Assembly (NCBI GenBank): GCA_947625305.1
Contig: CANQNW010000007.1
Span: 36,380 to 100,379 of the forward strand
DNA length: 64,000 nucleotides
Source of the DNA: Candidatus Gastranaerophilales bacterium
Lineage (GTDB): Bacteria; Cyanobacteriota; Vampirovibrionia; Gastranaerophilales; Gastranaerophilaceae
Reading direction: 5' to 3'
Notes under the pieces: model-generated
Database searches by the model: none
What the model saw: only the letters and a program-made list of their open reading frames with translations
Told to the model about the DNA's origin: nothing
Program-made: the position numbers and the translations under genes
Shown: piece by piece, positions 32,301 to 40,945 of the stretch
Position numbering within the stretch: the first letter of the stretch is position 1
How the letters are laid out: the number at the start of each line of letters is the position of its first letter

Positions 32301-33962
32301 TTGAAAATAACCGGAATACAAAATAATAATACTTTAAATTTAAGAACACAAAAGAAAAATATAAATAAGGGGAATAATACTCAAAGCTTTAAAAGCGGAT
32401 TAGGCGAAGGAGTATTTAATCTTATTGATAAAGCATTTAGTGTTCTGGATAAGAATGCAATGATACAGGTATCATTTGTAGATACGGTTTCAACAAATAT
32501 CCCGAGAACCTTGGTAGATTTAAAAACAGGGCTTGCGGCTGCATTTGAAACATGCAGGAGAGAATTTTCAGGCTTATTTGTAAACTGCCTTATGCCGGGA
32601 CTTGTTGTAAAAGCCATTGCGGAAATACTCCCGAAAGGCGAAATTTTAAAAGATACAAAAGTTGTTTCATCTTGGGCAAACGGCAGTATTATTGATAAAC
32701 TTCAAAATGTATACACGGAAGCAAAAGCATCCGGCATGGAGGATGTAACAAAAGAATATGTAACAAGAGCTTTATCATCACTTGAAGGACTTGAGGGTAA
32801 AACTTGGGTTAAATATGCTGATAAAGCGCAGGCTCCTGAATTTAAGGAGGCTGTTGAAAACATTACAAAAGCAATTACATCAAAAGGCAAAGAAAAAAAA
32901 GTTTTACTTGAAAATGCCCGAAAAAAGCTGGTCGGACTTACTAAAGCTGAAAACATATTAAAATTTAACAATTCGGCTCAATCCAATTTAACCGAAACTC
33001 TTAGAGATATTACTGATTTAGGCTCTAAATTTAACATTGTCAGCGAAAAAGGTATTTCTATAGATAAATATTCTTCTGCCTTAAAGAACTTTGTTAACAA
33101 AAAGAGTTTAATCGGTTTAGCCCTTGTTATAGGAATAGCAGTAAGTGTTCAAACAATAAACAGGGCAATAACAAGAAAACAGTTTAAAGCGGCAGGCGCT
33201 CCTATTTATAAAGATTTTGGGAAAAAAGATACAACCCAAAAAATGGATGATAAAGAAAAGAAAAAGTTTAAAATAAAAAAACTGGTTTCAGCAGGCGGAA
33301 TGTATGGTTTAGCGGCATTATCAATGATGAAAAAGCCTACACTCGGCATGTTCCAGTTTTCAAATATATTCCCGACAATGGATCAATGCAGATGGATAGC
33401 CGCATCAACATTTGCAAGCCGAATGCTCGGGGCGGAAGATGAAAATGAATTAAGAGAAACAACCGTAAGAGATTTAGCATCATTCTCGGGCTTATATTTC
33501 TTGGGTGATTATGTGAAAAAAGGAGCAGCCTCTTTAATAGAAACATTCTCTAAAACTAAAAAAGGTGCAGATTTATTAGGCGGGGAAGTAGTTCTGTTAA
33601 ACAGAAGAAAAGAAATTGCAAAACCCATATTGGAAACAGGTGTTTCAGTCTCCAAAAAAATTACCTCGAATTTATCATACAGATTAAAACAAATAGGCAA
33701 TTGGATTAAAAATACAGACCTTAAAACTGCGGGAGAAGTTTCAAGTATAAAAGTAAGAAATTTAAGAAATATATGCAGAATAGCTGATATCGCATTTTCA
33801 ATTATTATGCTCGGAGTATTGCTTCCAAAATACAATCGTTCCGTTACCGAGAAAAAAGTAGCGGAGGCAAAAAAACGTGAAGAAATGCAAAGACAAATAA
33901 ATGCAAATTATTCCAATGCTTTCAAGAAAAATGCGCCTGCTGTTTTTAAAGAATTAATGTAA
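32301..33962 (+). CDS. Hypothetical membrane protein with MKI...SFKSG leader
   Basis: The TTG start is supported by N-terminal similarity to neighbours (MKITGIQNNNTLNLRTQKKNINKGNNTQSFKSG). At least 3 hydrophobic helices are present (LIGLALVIGIAVSV, GGMYGLAALSMM, IADIAFSIIMLGVLL). Confidence 0.5.
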   Translation: MKITGIQNNNTLNLRTQKKNINKGNNTQSFKSGLGEGVFNLIDKAFSVLDKNAMIQVSFVDTVSTNIPRTLVDLKTGLAAAFETCRREFSGLFVNCLMPGLVVKAIAEILPKGEILKDTKVVSSWANGSIIDKLQNVYTEAKASGMEDVTKEYVTRALSSLEGLEGKTWVKYADKAQAPEFKEAVENITKAITSKGKEKKVLLENARKKLVGLTKAENILKFNNSAQSNLTETLRDITDLGSKFNIVSEKGISIDKYSSALKNFVNKKSLIGLALVIGIAVSVQTINRAITRKQFKAAGAPIYKDFGKKDTTQKMDDKEKKKFKIKKLVSAGGMYGLAALSMMKKPTLGMFQFSNIFPTMDQCRWIAASTFASRMLGAEDENELRETTVRDLASFSGLYFLGDYVKKGAASLIETFSKTKKGADLLGGEVVLLNRRKEIAKPILETGVSVSKKITSNLSYRLKQIGNWIKNTDLKTAGEVSSIKVRNLRNICRIADIAFSIIMLGVLLPKYNRSVTEKKVAEAKKREEMQRQINANYSNAFKKNAPAVFKELM

Positions 33963-34069
33963 AATAGCAAAAAAAAATTTGTTTGAGTTTTAATTTATTG
34001 CAGGGTTGTTAAAACCCAAAAAATGTTATATAATATTCAAGCTTAAAATGAGAGTAAAGGAGAGAATAA

Positions 34070-34426
34070 GTGGTTGACAACAGGTCTGCCGGAGTTCTCG
34101 GAATTAGCGGGGGTATAAATTTCAAAAGCGGTGATATATCAGGTACCGCAGCCAAAACCTCCGACGACAGAGCAAGCCAAGGAACCGAATATTTCATGAT
34201 GGAAGGCGAAGAACAGGCCTCCAATCAGCAATATGAAGATAGAAGCATGCAATTAAGGGCTTCATTAAATTCTCTTGCACTTTTAAATGTTGTTTCGGTT
34301 TTAAGAAATAAACGCAAGCATTCTTTACTTGAAGAGGAAGACTTAAACGATAAAGTTAAGCCTGAAGATAATACAAAAGTCGAAAAAATTGAAGATAATA
34401 ATAAACAGGAAACCGATAATAATTAA
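34070..34426 (+). CDS. Small acidic hypothetical protein
   Basis: GTG start 8 nt after a strong AAGGAG RBS. 118 aa with an E/D-rich tail. The N-terminal GISGGINFKSGDISG carries the same NFKSG motif. Confidence 0.45.
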   Translation: MVDNRSAGVLGISGGINFKSGDISGTAAKTSDDRASQGTEYFMMEGEEQASNQQYEDRSMQLRASLNSLALLNVVSVLRNKRKHSLLEEEDLNDKVKPEDNTKVEKIEDNNKQETDNN

Positions 34427-34490
34427 TCGGTTTTTTTGTAATAATTTTTAATAATCTGGTAAAATAAAGCGAAACAAGTATTATATTAAT

Positions 34491-35633
34491 ATGAATAGAA
34501 TTTTCGGATTAATCATAGCATTTATTTTATCGGTTTCGTGTGTATTTGCAATGGACTATGAAGATATACATCACGGGTTTTGGGCATATCAGGATATTGA
34601 AAATCTGACTGATAATGATTTAATTGTAGGTTATCCGAATCATAAATTTGAGCCTGAAAAATATGCAACAAGAGCTGAGTATGCGGTTTCAGTTATAAAA
34701 GTTTTAAACCAGCAAAATATTCCTATAGAAAAAATGTATTCTTTTGAAGATATAGATTCTTCTCATTGGGCTTGGAATTATATTTTAAGAGCAATAAATT
34801 TAGATATTATAAAACCCTCTGATGACGGGTACTTTTATCCTGATGAATTTTTAACAAGAAGTGAAATAATAACATTTCTTGTAAATATTCTTAAGTCGGA
34901 AGATATTACAAAACAAGATGCAATAAAAGCATTACAAAATGCTTATGATGATTTTGATGATATCCCTGATTGGTTTAAAATAACGGCAGGCAAGGCGGAA
35001 GTATTAAATGTAATAGCAAAAGAACCTCCCCGTGAACGGTATCTTGACTGTGATAAATATGTTACAAGAGCTCAGCTTGCAGTTTTTATGGCTAATTTAA
35101 AGCGAGCAACGGAGGGATATCAAGCTGAAAAAATAAAAGAAGAAAAATCTCCTAAAATATCCGAAGGAATTACAATAGAAAACGTTTTAAAAGACGGAGA
35201 TGTTGTTACACTGCCGACTTTAACAGTATTACCCGTTATGGTAATCGGTCAAATTAGTTCTGATAATTCTGTGCCCGGTGAAATGTTTCAGGCTAAATTC
35301 GCTAATAATATTGTTGATGACGAACATCATTTATTATTGTCTAAAGATATTGTTTTAATAGGTAAAGTTCTTGATACAACGGAGGGTAAATATTTTCTGC
35401 GAAACGGTGAATTAATATTTGAACTTTCTGCCGTTAATAATAAAAACTTTTTAACACGAATATTTGGTGTTGCAGAATGTGAAACGGAACTGATAGAAAC
35501 AAACAGGATAAAAAAAATAATAAAAACCGTAATTAAGGGACGAGATTTTAAAGTTAAAGACGGGCAGATTCTTTATGTAAAACTTTATAAACCAATAAAG
35601 GTTAATATAGTTACGGGCGAAGTTGTAAATTAA
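34491..35633 (+). CDS. SLH-domain protein (3 S-layer homology repeats plus C-terminal beta-rich domain)
   Basis: Signal peptide followed by three SLH units (FWAYQDIENL...ATRAEYAVSVIKVL; HWAWNYILRA...LTRSEIITFLVNIL; DWFKITAGKA...VTRAQLAVFMANL). Confidence 0.8.
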   Translation: MNRIFGLIIAFILSVSCVFAMDYEDIHHGFWAYQDIENLTDNDLIVGYPNHKFEPEKYATRAEYAVSVIKVLNQQNIPIEKMYSFEDIDSSHWAWNYILRAINLDIIKPSDDGYFYPDEFLTRSEIITFLVNILKSEDITKQDAIKALQNAYDDFDDIPDWFKITAGKAEVLNVIAKEPPRERYLDCDKYVTRAQLAVFMANLKRATEGYQAEKIKEEKSPKISEGITIENVLKDGDVVTLPTLTVLPVMVIGQISSDNSVPGEMFQAKFANNIVDDEHHLLLSKDIVLIGKVLDTTEGKYFLRNGELIFELSAVNNKNFLTRIFGVAECETELIETNRIKKIIKTVIKGRDFKVKDGQILYVKLYKPIKVNIVTGEVVN

Positions 35634-35950
35634 ACTTTCTTATAAACACCCATATCTTCAAGTGCTTTTAAAAAGCTTTGAGCGGTAGCTTTTTGCACAT
35701 CGGGCGGTACAACTCTTAAAAGTTCAACCGTTCTTGAAATAACAGGGTCTTTATCATACCAGCGATTGCAGACTTTTGGTCTTACCATTTCATAGAATTT
35801 GTCTATTGCCTCTTTAGAAACTTTTTTTTCAATTTCCGCTAAAAATATTTCTGCTTGAGATTTTAGTTCATTTTGATAATTTTGAAGTAAGTTTATTACT
35901 TCAAGCAAAACAGGGTCATGATCATACCATCTTTTATAATTGTGACTCAC
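35630..35950 (-). CDS. Small protein with internal tandem RWYDxDP repeat
   Basis: 106 aa. Residues 7-25 (RWYDHDPVLLEVINLLQNY) and 63-81 (RWYDKDPVISRTVELLRVV) are clear repeats. The start overlaps the murA end by 17 nt on the same strand. Confidence 0.6.
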   Translation of the reverse strand: MSHNYKRWYDHDPVLLEVINLLQNYQNELKSQAEIFLAEIEKKVSKEAIDKFYEMVRPKVCNRWYDKDPVISRTVELLRVVPPDVQKATAQSFLKALEDMGVYKKV

Positions 35951-37259
35951 TTAAACTTCCTTTATTTTGATTAACAATCGGGCTTTCTTCTTCATTATAC
36001 CTTATAATGTCTGCTCCAATCAATTTAAACTTATTTTCTAAAAGTTCGTATCCTCTATCTATATGATAAATATTATCAATAGTGCTTACTCCTTCTGCCA
36101 TAAGAGCTGCAATAACCAGCGAGGCTCCGGCTCTTAAATCAGAGGCTCTAAGGTTAGCACTTGTAAGGCTTTTAACTCCTTTAATTAAAGCATGATTTCT
36201 TTCCTGATGAATATCAGCCCCCATTTTTCTTAATTCGGGAACTTGCATAAATCTGTTTTCATAAAGGCTTTCGGTTACAATACTTACCCCGTCTGCGACT
36301 GTAGCTAATGCCATTGCCATGGATTGTAAATCTGTAGGAAATCCGGGGTATGGCTGAGTTATAACGTTTATTGCTTCAAGTCTTTTTTTACAGCTTACTT
36401 CAATAGATGTCGGGTCTATAAGTTTAATATCAGCCCCCATTTTTGTTAATTTTGAAGTATAGAAAGTTAAGTGATTTGGGAAAATATTTCTTATTATCCC
36501 TTTACCTTTTGTTGCAATAAATGCAGCCATATAAGTTCCCGCCTCAATTCTATCGGGAATGGTTGTATATTCAATCGGGTGAAGATTTTCCTGTTTGACA
36601 CCATTTATAACTATTTCGGAAGTACCTGCACCTATAACATCAGCACCCATTGCATTTAAGAAATTAGCCAAATCCACAATTTCAGGTTCTTGTGCGGCAT
36701 TTTGAATTCTTGTTGAACCTTCTGCCAGAACTGATGCCAGCATAATATTTTCTGTTGCACCTACTGAGGGAATATCTAAATAAATGTCATTTCCGATTAA
36801 TTTTTTAGCTTTGGCATGTACATAACCGTTTTCAATTTTAATATTTGTACCTAAAGCTTCAAGCCCTCTGATATGAAAATCAACTTTTCTTTCGCCTATT
36901 GCGCAGCCTCCGGGGAGCGCAACTACGGCTTCTCTGCATCTTCCGACTAATGCACCAAGTACTATAAAAGATGCTCTCATTCTGCTTACAAGTTCATAAC
37001 TTGCAGTTACACTTGTTAAGTTTGTTGCATCTATTGTCAAGGATTTTTCCTGCTTATTATAAGATGTTTTTGCTCCTAATTGTTCAATTACATTAAGCAT
37101 TATAACAACATCGGTTAATTCGGGAACATTATAAATTTTACTCTCGCCTTTAGCTAAAAGTGCTGCCGCCATTAACTTTAATACGGCATTTTTTGCCCCG
37201 CTTATTAATACTTCGCCTTTTAATTGCCTTCCGCCGGATATTTTGATTTTCTCGGTCAA
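35934..37259 (-). CDS. murA: UDP-N-acetylglucosamine 1-carboxyvinyltransferase
   Basis: 441 aa with active-site region LPGGCAIGERKVDFH. TTG start 4 nt after a GGAGG RBS. Confidence 0.95.
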   Translation of the reverse strand: MTEKIKISGGRQLKGEVLISGAKNAVLKLMAAALLAKGESKIYNVPELTDVVIMLNVIEQLGAKTSYNKQEKSLTIDATNLTSVTASYELVSRMRASFIVLGALVGRCREAVVALPGGCAIGERKVDFHIRGLEALGTNIKIENGYVHAKAKKLIGNDIYLDIPSVGATENIMLASVLAEGSTRIQNAAQEPEIVDLANFLNAMGADVIGAGTSEIVINGVKQENLHPIEYTTIPDRIEAGTYMAAFIATKGKGIIRNIFPNHLTFYTSKLTKMGADIKLIDPTSIEVSCKKRLEAINVITQPYPGFPTDLQSMAMALATVADGVSIVTESLYENRFMQVPELRKMGADIHQERNHALIKGVKSLTSANLRASDLRAGASLVIAALMAEGVSTIDNIYHIDRGYELLENKFKLIGADIIRYNEEESPIVNQNKGSLSESQL

Positions 37260-37428
37260 TGTTCCTCCGATATATCCCTATAATTTTTTTTCAGATTTAA
37301 ATCTTTACTATATTATAATAATATAATTTATATGGTATTTGGTAAATAGTTTAATTATTGTAAACACAAATATTATATCATTCAAATGTACTATATTCTA
37401 AGAAGTGATTTACGGATAAAATAGAGAT

Positions 37429-37830
37429 ATGAAAACAAATGAAGAAATATTATCTATAGCAAAAGAAGCGGCAAAAAACTCGTATTCTCCGTATTCAAGA
37501 TTTCCTGTCGGAGCATGTGCTTTGTATGAAAACGGAAATACTTATATCGGCTGTAATGTTGAAAATTCAAGTTACGGACTTACTTTATGCGCCGAAAGAA
37601 ATGCAATTTCTAGTGCAATAGCCTCGGGTGAAACTTCAAATCTGCTTAAGGTTGCTATATATTCACCCAATTCAAAGAAATGTTTTCCCTGCGGAGCATG
37701 CCGTCAATGGATGAGAGAGTTTGAAAAAGGACAAAAAATTAAAATTGTTTTGGAGGATGAAAATTCAAATGCATGTCTTTATGATATAGATGAACTGCTT
37801 CCTTATTCTTTTGATTTAAATGTGATATAA
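37429..37830 (+). CDS. cdd: Cytidine deaminase
   Basis: Zinc motifs CAERNAI and PCGACRQW in a 133-aa protein. Confidence 0.9.
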   Translation: MKTNEEILSIAKEAAKNSYSPYSRFPVGACALYENGNTYIGCNVENSSYGLTLCAERNAISSAIASGETSNLLKVAIYSPNSKKCFPCGACRQWMREFEKGQKIKIVLEDENSNACLYDIDELLPYSFDLNVI

Positions 37831-37857
37831 TAGGGAAAAGAGAGAAGAGGATATTTA

Positions 37858-38643
37858 ATGGCAGATTATACCATTAATTATGAAGAAATAGCCCAGTGGC
37901 TTAAATTATATAAATCTGCGGAGGACGAAAAGCAAAAAAAGCATTTGCAAAATATTATTGCACTTGCTGCTATGCCGTTAGTTAAAAAAATAGCAAGAGG
38001 ACTGGCAAGAAGAAATACCGACCCCGTTGAGGATATTATACAAGTCGGAAGTGTAGGGCTTGTAAAGGCTATTCAGTTGTATAACCCTAAAGTAAGCGAA
38101 AATTTTAAAACATATGCAACATATTTAATAACGGGAGAAATCAGGCATTATCTCCGTGATAAAGTATCTATGATTAAGGCTCCGAGAGAAATTTATGAAC
38201 TTGCTTACCGTGTTAATAAACTTATGCAAAAACTGAAGGATGATGAAGGCAGAGAACCTTCTGAAGCTGTCTTAGCTGAAGAACTCGGTACTTCCGTAGG
38301 TAAAATTAAAGAAGTTATTGATGTTGAAAGAAGAAAACAGACAATATCTCTTGATCAATATGTTAATACCGGCAATGATGAGTCTTTATCTTTATTTGAC
38401 AAAATTGCTGATGATAATCATTATAATTTGGAAACCTTTCAGGAAGATAAGATACTGATTAACACTGCTATAAATAAACTGGATAAAAAACTGCAAGAAG
38501 TTGTCATATTAAATTATTTTGAAGATATGAGCCAGACACAAATCGCCTCAAAACTCGGTATTTCTCAAATGCAGGTTTCAAGAAGATTAAAAAAAGCTTT
38601 AAATGCGCTTTTAGAAATACTTTCGGAAAAAGAAAAAGTATAA
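37858..38643 (+). CDS. Group-3 sigma-70 family factor (SigF/SigB/FliA-type)
   Basis: Region 2 (DIIQVGSVGLVKAIQLYNP, TYATYLITGEIRHYLRD) and region 4.2 HTH (SQTQIASKLGISQMQVSRRLKKAL). No region 1. Confidence 0.85.
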   Translation: MADYTINYEEIAQWLKLYKSAEDEKQKKHLQNIIALAAMPLVKKIARGLARRNTDPVEDIIQVGSVGLVKAIQLYNPKVSENFKTYATYLITGEIRHYLRDKVSMIKAPREIYELAYRVNKLMQKLKDDEGREPSEAVLAEELGTSVGKIKEVIDVERRKQTISLDQYVNTGNDESLSLFDKIADDNHYNLETFQEDKILINTAINKLDKKLQEVVILNYFEDMSQTQIASKLGISQMQVSRRLKKALNALLEILSEKEKV

Positions 38644-38655
38644 GGATTATCTGTT

Positions 38656-39723
38656 ATGGAATTAGGTGAATTAGTTATATATTTATTTGTAATGATTACG
38701 GGAGCTTGCATAGGAAGTTTCCTTAATGTAGTTGCACTAAGGGCTATATCAAAGGAGTCAATTATCCTTCCGCCATCAAAGTGTCCTAATTGTTCCGCAA
38801 GAATAAAATGGTATGATAATATTCCTGTTTTATCGTATTTATTTATTTTTAGAGGAAAATGCAGAAACTGCAGATGTCATGTAAGTCTTCAATATCCTAT
38901 AGTAGAGGCTGTTACGGCTTTATTATTTTTAGGTGTATTTTTAATGTTCGGTGCATCGCTTAAAACTTTAGTATTATTGATTTTACTATCACTTGCTATT
39001 GTTCTTATTATAACGGACTTAAAAAAAGAATACCTGTATGATGCGCATTTATGGTCATTTATTGTTGTTTCAATTTTGTATTCCATATTTTTTAAATTTG
39101 GAGTAAATGATATATTTTCCGTTTGTACGGGTGCTTTAGCGGGTGCTTTATTGATGGAGGCTATAGCAAGAGGCGCATATTATCTTGTTAAAAAAGAAAC
39201 AGGTGAAAATAAAGAAGATGAAACAGATTTAAGTAATATTGAAATAGATGAAGAAAATCTTGATATTAATGCTTATGTTAAAAAATATAAAAGAGTGTTT
39301 GGCGAGGGCGATTCATACTTGGCAGCGGGAGTTGGTGCATTACTTGGCTGGAAATATTTAATATTGGCAGTAATGGGAGCCGTTATAGTTCAGGCATTAT
39401 GTGTATTACCCCAATTTTTTAAAAGTTTATACGATAAAAAAGAATTTAGACTTTTATCTTCTATTTCGGCATTTATTGGAATTGCATTAATTTACTGGCT
39501 GTGTTCAAACATTTTTAATATGAATATATTTGTTGTGTTTGCGCTTGTTATACTTTTAATATTCTTTGCAATAGATTCAATTATAAGATTAAAAAAATCC
39601 GTAAATGAAACAGGATTTAAAGCAATACCGTTCGGGCCCGCACTTCTTATTGCTTCATTTATTATTTTATTTTACGGAAATTACATAACTCAGTTTTTGA
39701 AAAGGTACATATTCTTTATATAA
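38656..39723 (+). CDS. pilD: Prepilin peptidase / N-methyltransferase (A24 family)
   Basis: CPNC...CRNC zinc motif, WYDNIPVLSY, a second catalytic Asp region GEGDSYLAAG, and polytopic topology. It carries an acidic insert (ETGENKEDETDLSNIEIDEENLD). Confidence 0.85.
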   Translation: MELGELVIYLFVMITGACIGSFLNVVALRAISKESIILPPSKCPNCSARIKWYDNIPVLSYLFIFRGKCRNCRCHVSLQYPIVEAVTALLFLGVFLMFGASLKTLVLLILLSLAIVLIITDLKKEYLYDAHLWSFIVVSILYSIFFKFGVNDIFSVCTGALAGALLMEAIARGAYYLVKKETGENKEDETDLSNIEIDEENLDINAYVKKYKRVFGEGDSYLAAGVGALLGWKYLILAVMGAVIVQALCVLPQFFKSLYDKKEFRLLSSISAFIGIALIYWLCSNIFNMNIFVVFALVILLIFFAIDSIIRLKKSVNETGFKAIPFGPALLIASFIILFYGNYITQFLKRYIFFI

Positions 39724-39725
39724 AT

Positions 39726-39757
39726 AAAAAAGAGAACCTGTTTGGTTCTCTTTTTTA
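39726..39757. terminator. Bidirectional intrinsic terminator between pilD and recA
   Basis: A run - AGAGAACC (39731-39738) - 5-nt loop - GGTTCTCT (39744-39751) - T run. Confidence 0.8.
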
Positions 39758-39770
39758 TTTAATAAAATTT

Positions 39771-40799
39771 TTATTCTTTAGCTTGAAGAGCCTCTCTGAC
39801 TTTTTGGTCTATTTCAGCCTCAAGCTGAGGATTTTCGGCAAAAATTTCTTTTACTTTATCTCTGCCCTGACCCAGTTTTTCATCGTTATAGCTGAACCAA
39901 GCACCTGATTTTTTAATTATATCAAGGTTAACAGCCATATCTAAGATACAGCCCGATTTACTTATACCTTTGCCGTATATAATATCAAATTCGGCTGTTC
40001 TAAAAGGAGGTGCTACTTTATTTTTAACAACTTTAACTCTCACTCTGTTACCGATTTCTCTGTCATCTTTTTTAAGAGTTTCAATTTTTCTGATATCAAG
40101 TCTTATGCTTGCGTAATATTTAAGAGCATTACCGCCTGTTGTTGTTTCGGGGTTTCCGTACATAACACCGATTTTTTGTCTTAACTGGTTAATGAAAATA
40201 ACGGTTGTATTTGTTTTGCTTACAATACCCGTTAATTTTCTTAATGCTTTAGACATTAATCTTGCTTGAAGCCCCATTTGTTTATCTTCCATAGCGCCTT
40301 CAATTTCGTCTTTAGGTACTAATGCAGCAACTGAGTCAACAACAACAATATCAACAGCGGCAGAGCGGACAAGTTCTTCAGTTATTTCTAATGCCTGCTC
40401 ACCTGTATCAGGTTGTGATATTAATAATTCATCAACATTTACACCTAAATTTCTTGCATATTCAGGGTCAAGAGCATGTTCTGCATCAACAAATGCTGCA
40501 ATCCCGCCTTTTTTCTGACATTCGGCAACTATATGCTGAGCAAGTGTTGTTTTTCCGCTTGCTTCAGGGCCGTAAACTTCTATAATCCTTCCTCTCGGTA
40601 CTCCGCCTATCCCTAATGCCACATCTAATGATAGCGCCCCTGTTGAAATTGTTTCTACATTAACTGCGGGTTTATCGCCAAGACGCATTATAGAGCCTTT
40701 TCCAAAATCTTTTTCTATTTTATCTATAGCGACTTTTAGTGCTTTTTGTCTTTCTTCCGAAATATTAACAGTTTCTTGTTCTTTTTCTTTTGTTACCAT
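39771..40799 (-). CDS. recA: Recombinase A
   Basis: Walker [12 protein letters not shown], plus [10 protein letters not shown] and [29 protein letters not shown]. Confidence 0.97.
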   Translation of the reverse strand: MVTKEKEQETVNISEERQKALKVAIDKIEKDFGKGSIMRLGDKPAVNVETISTGALSLDVALGIGGVPRGRIIEVYGPEASGKTTLAQHIVAECQKKGGIAAFVDAEHALDPEYARNLGVNVDELLISQPDTGEQALEITEELVRSAAVDIVVVDSVAALVPKDEIEGAMEDKQMGLQARLMSKALRKLTGIVSKTNTTVIFINQLRQKIGVMYGNPETTTGGNALKYYASIRLDIRKIETLKKDDREIGNRVRVKVVKNKVAPPFRTAEFDIIYGKGISKSGCILDMAVNLDIIKKSGAWFSYNDEKLGQGRDKVKEIFAENPQLEAEIDQKVREALQAKE

Positions 40800-40945
40800 T
40801 TTTTATCCCTTTTTATCTACAAAAATATTATACCATCTCGTATTAAATAAAAGTATAATTTTACTTTTTGAAACATTGTGTATTATTTTATGTCAGGGGT
40901 TTATTTTTTTGGTAAAATTATTACGGTATTTAAAAGGGGATATTT

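Noticed and set aside
40800-40945. An SOS (LexA/Cheo-type) box upstream of recA.
   Set aside because: No GAAC-N4-GTTC or RGTAC-N3-DGTWC-type palindrome is visible in the spacer, only generic AT-rich promoter-like sequence.
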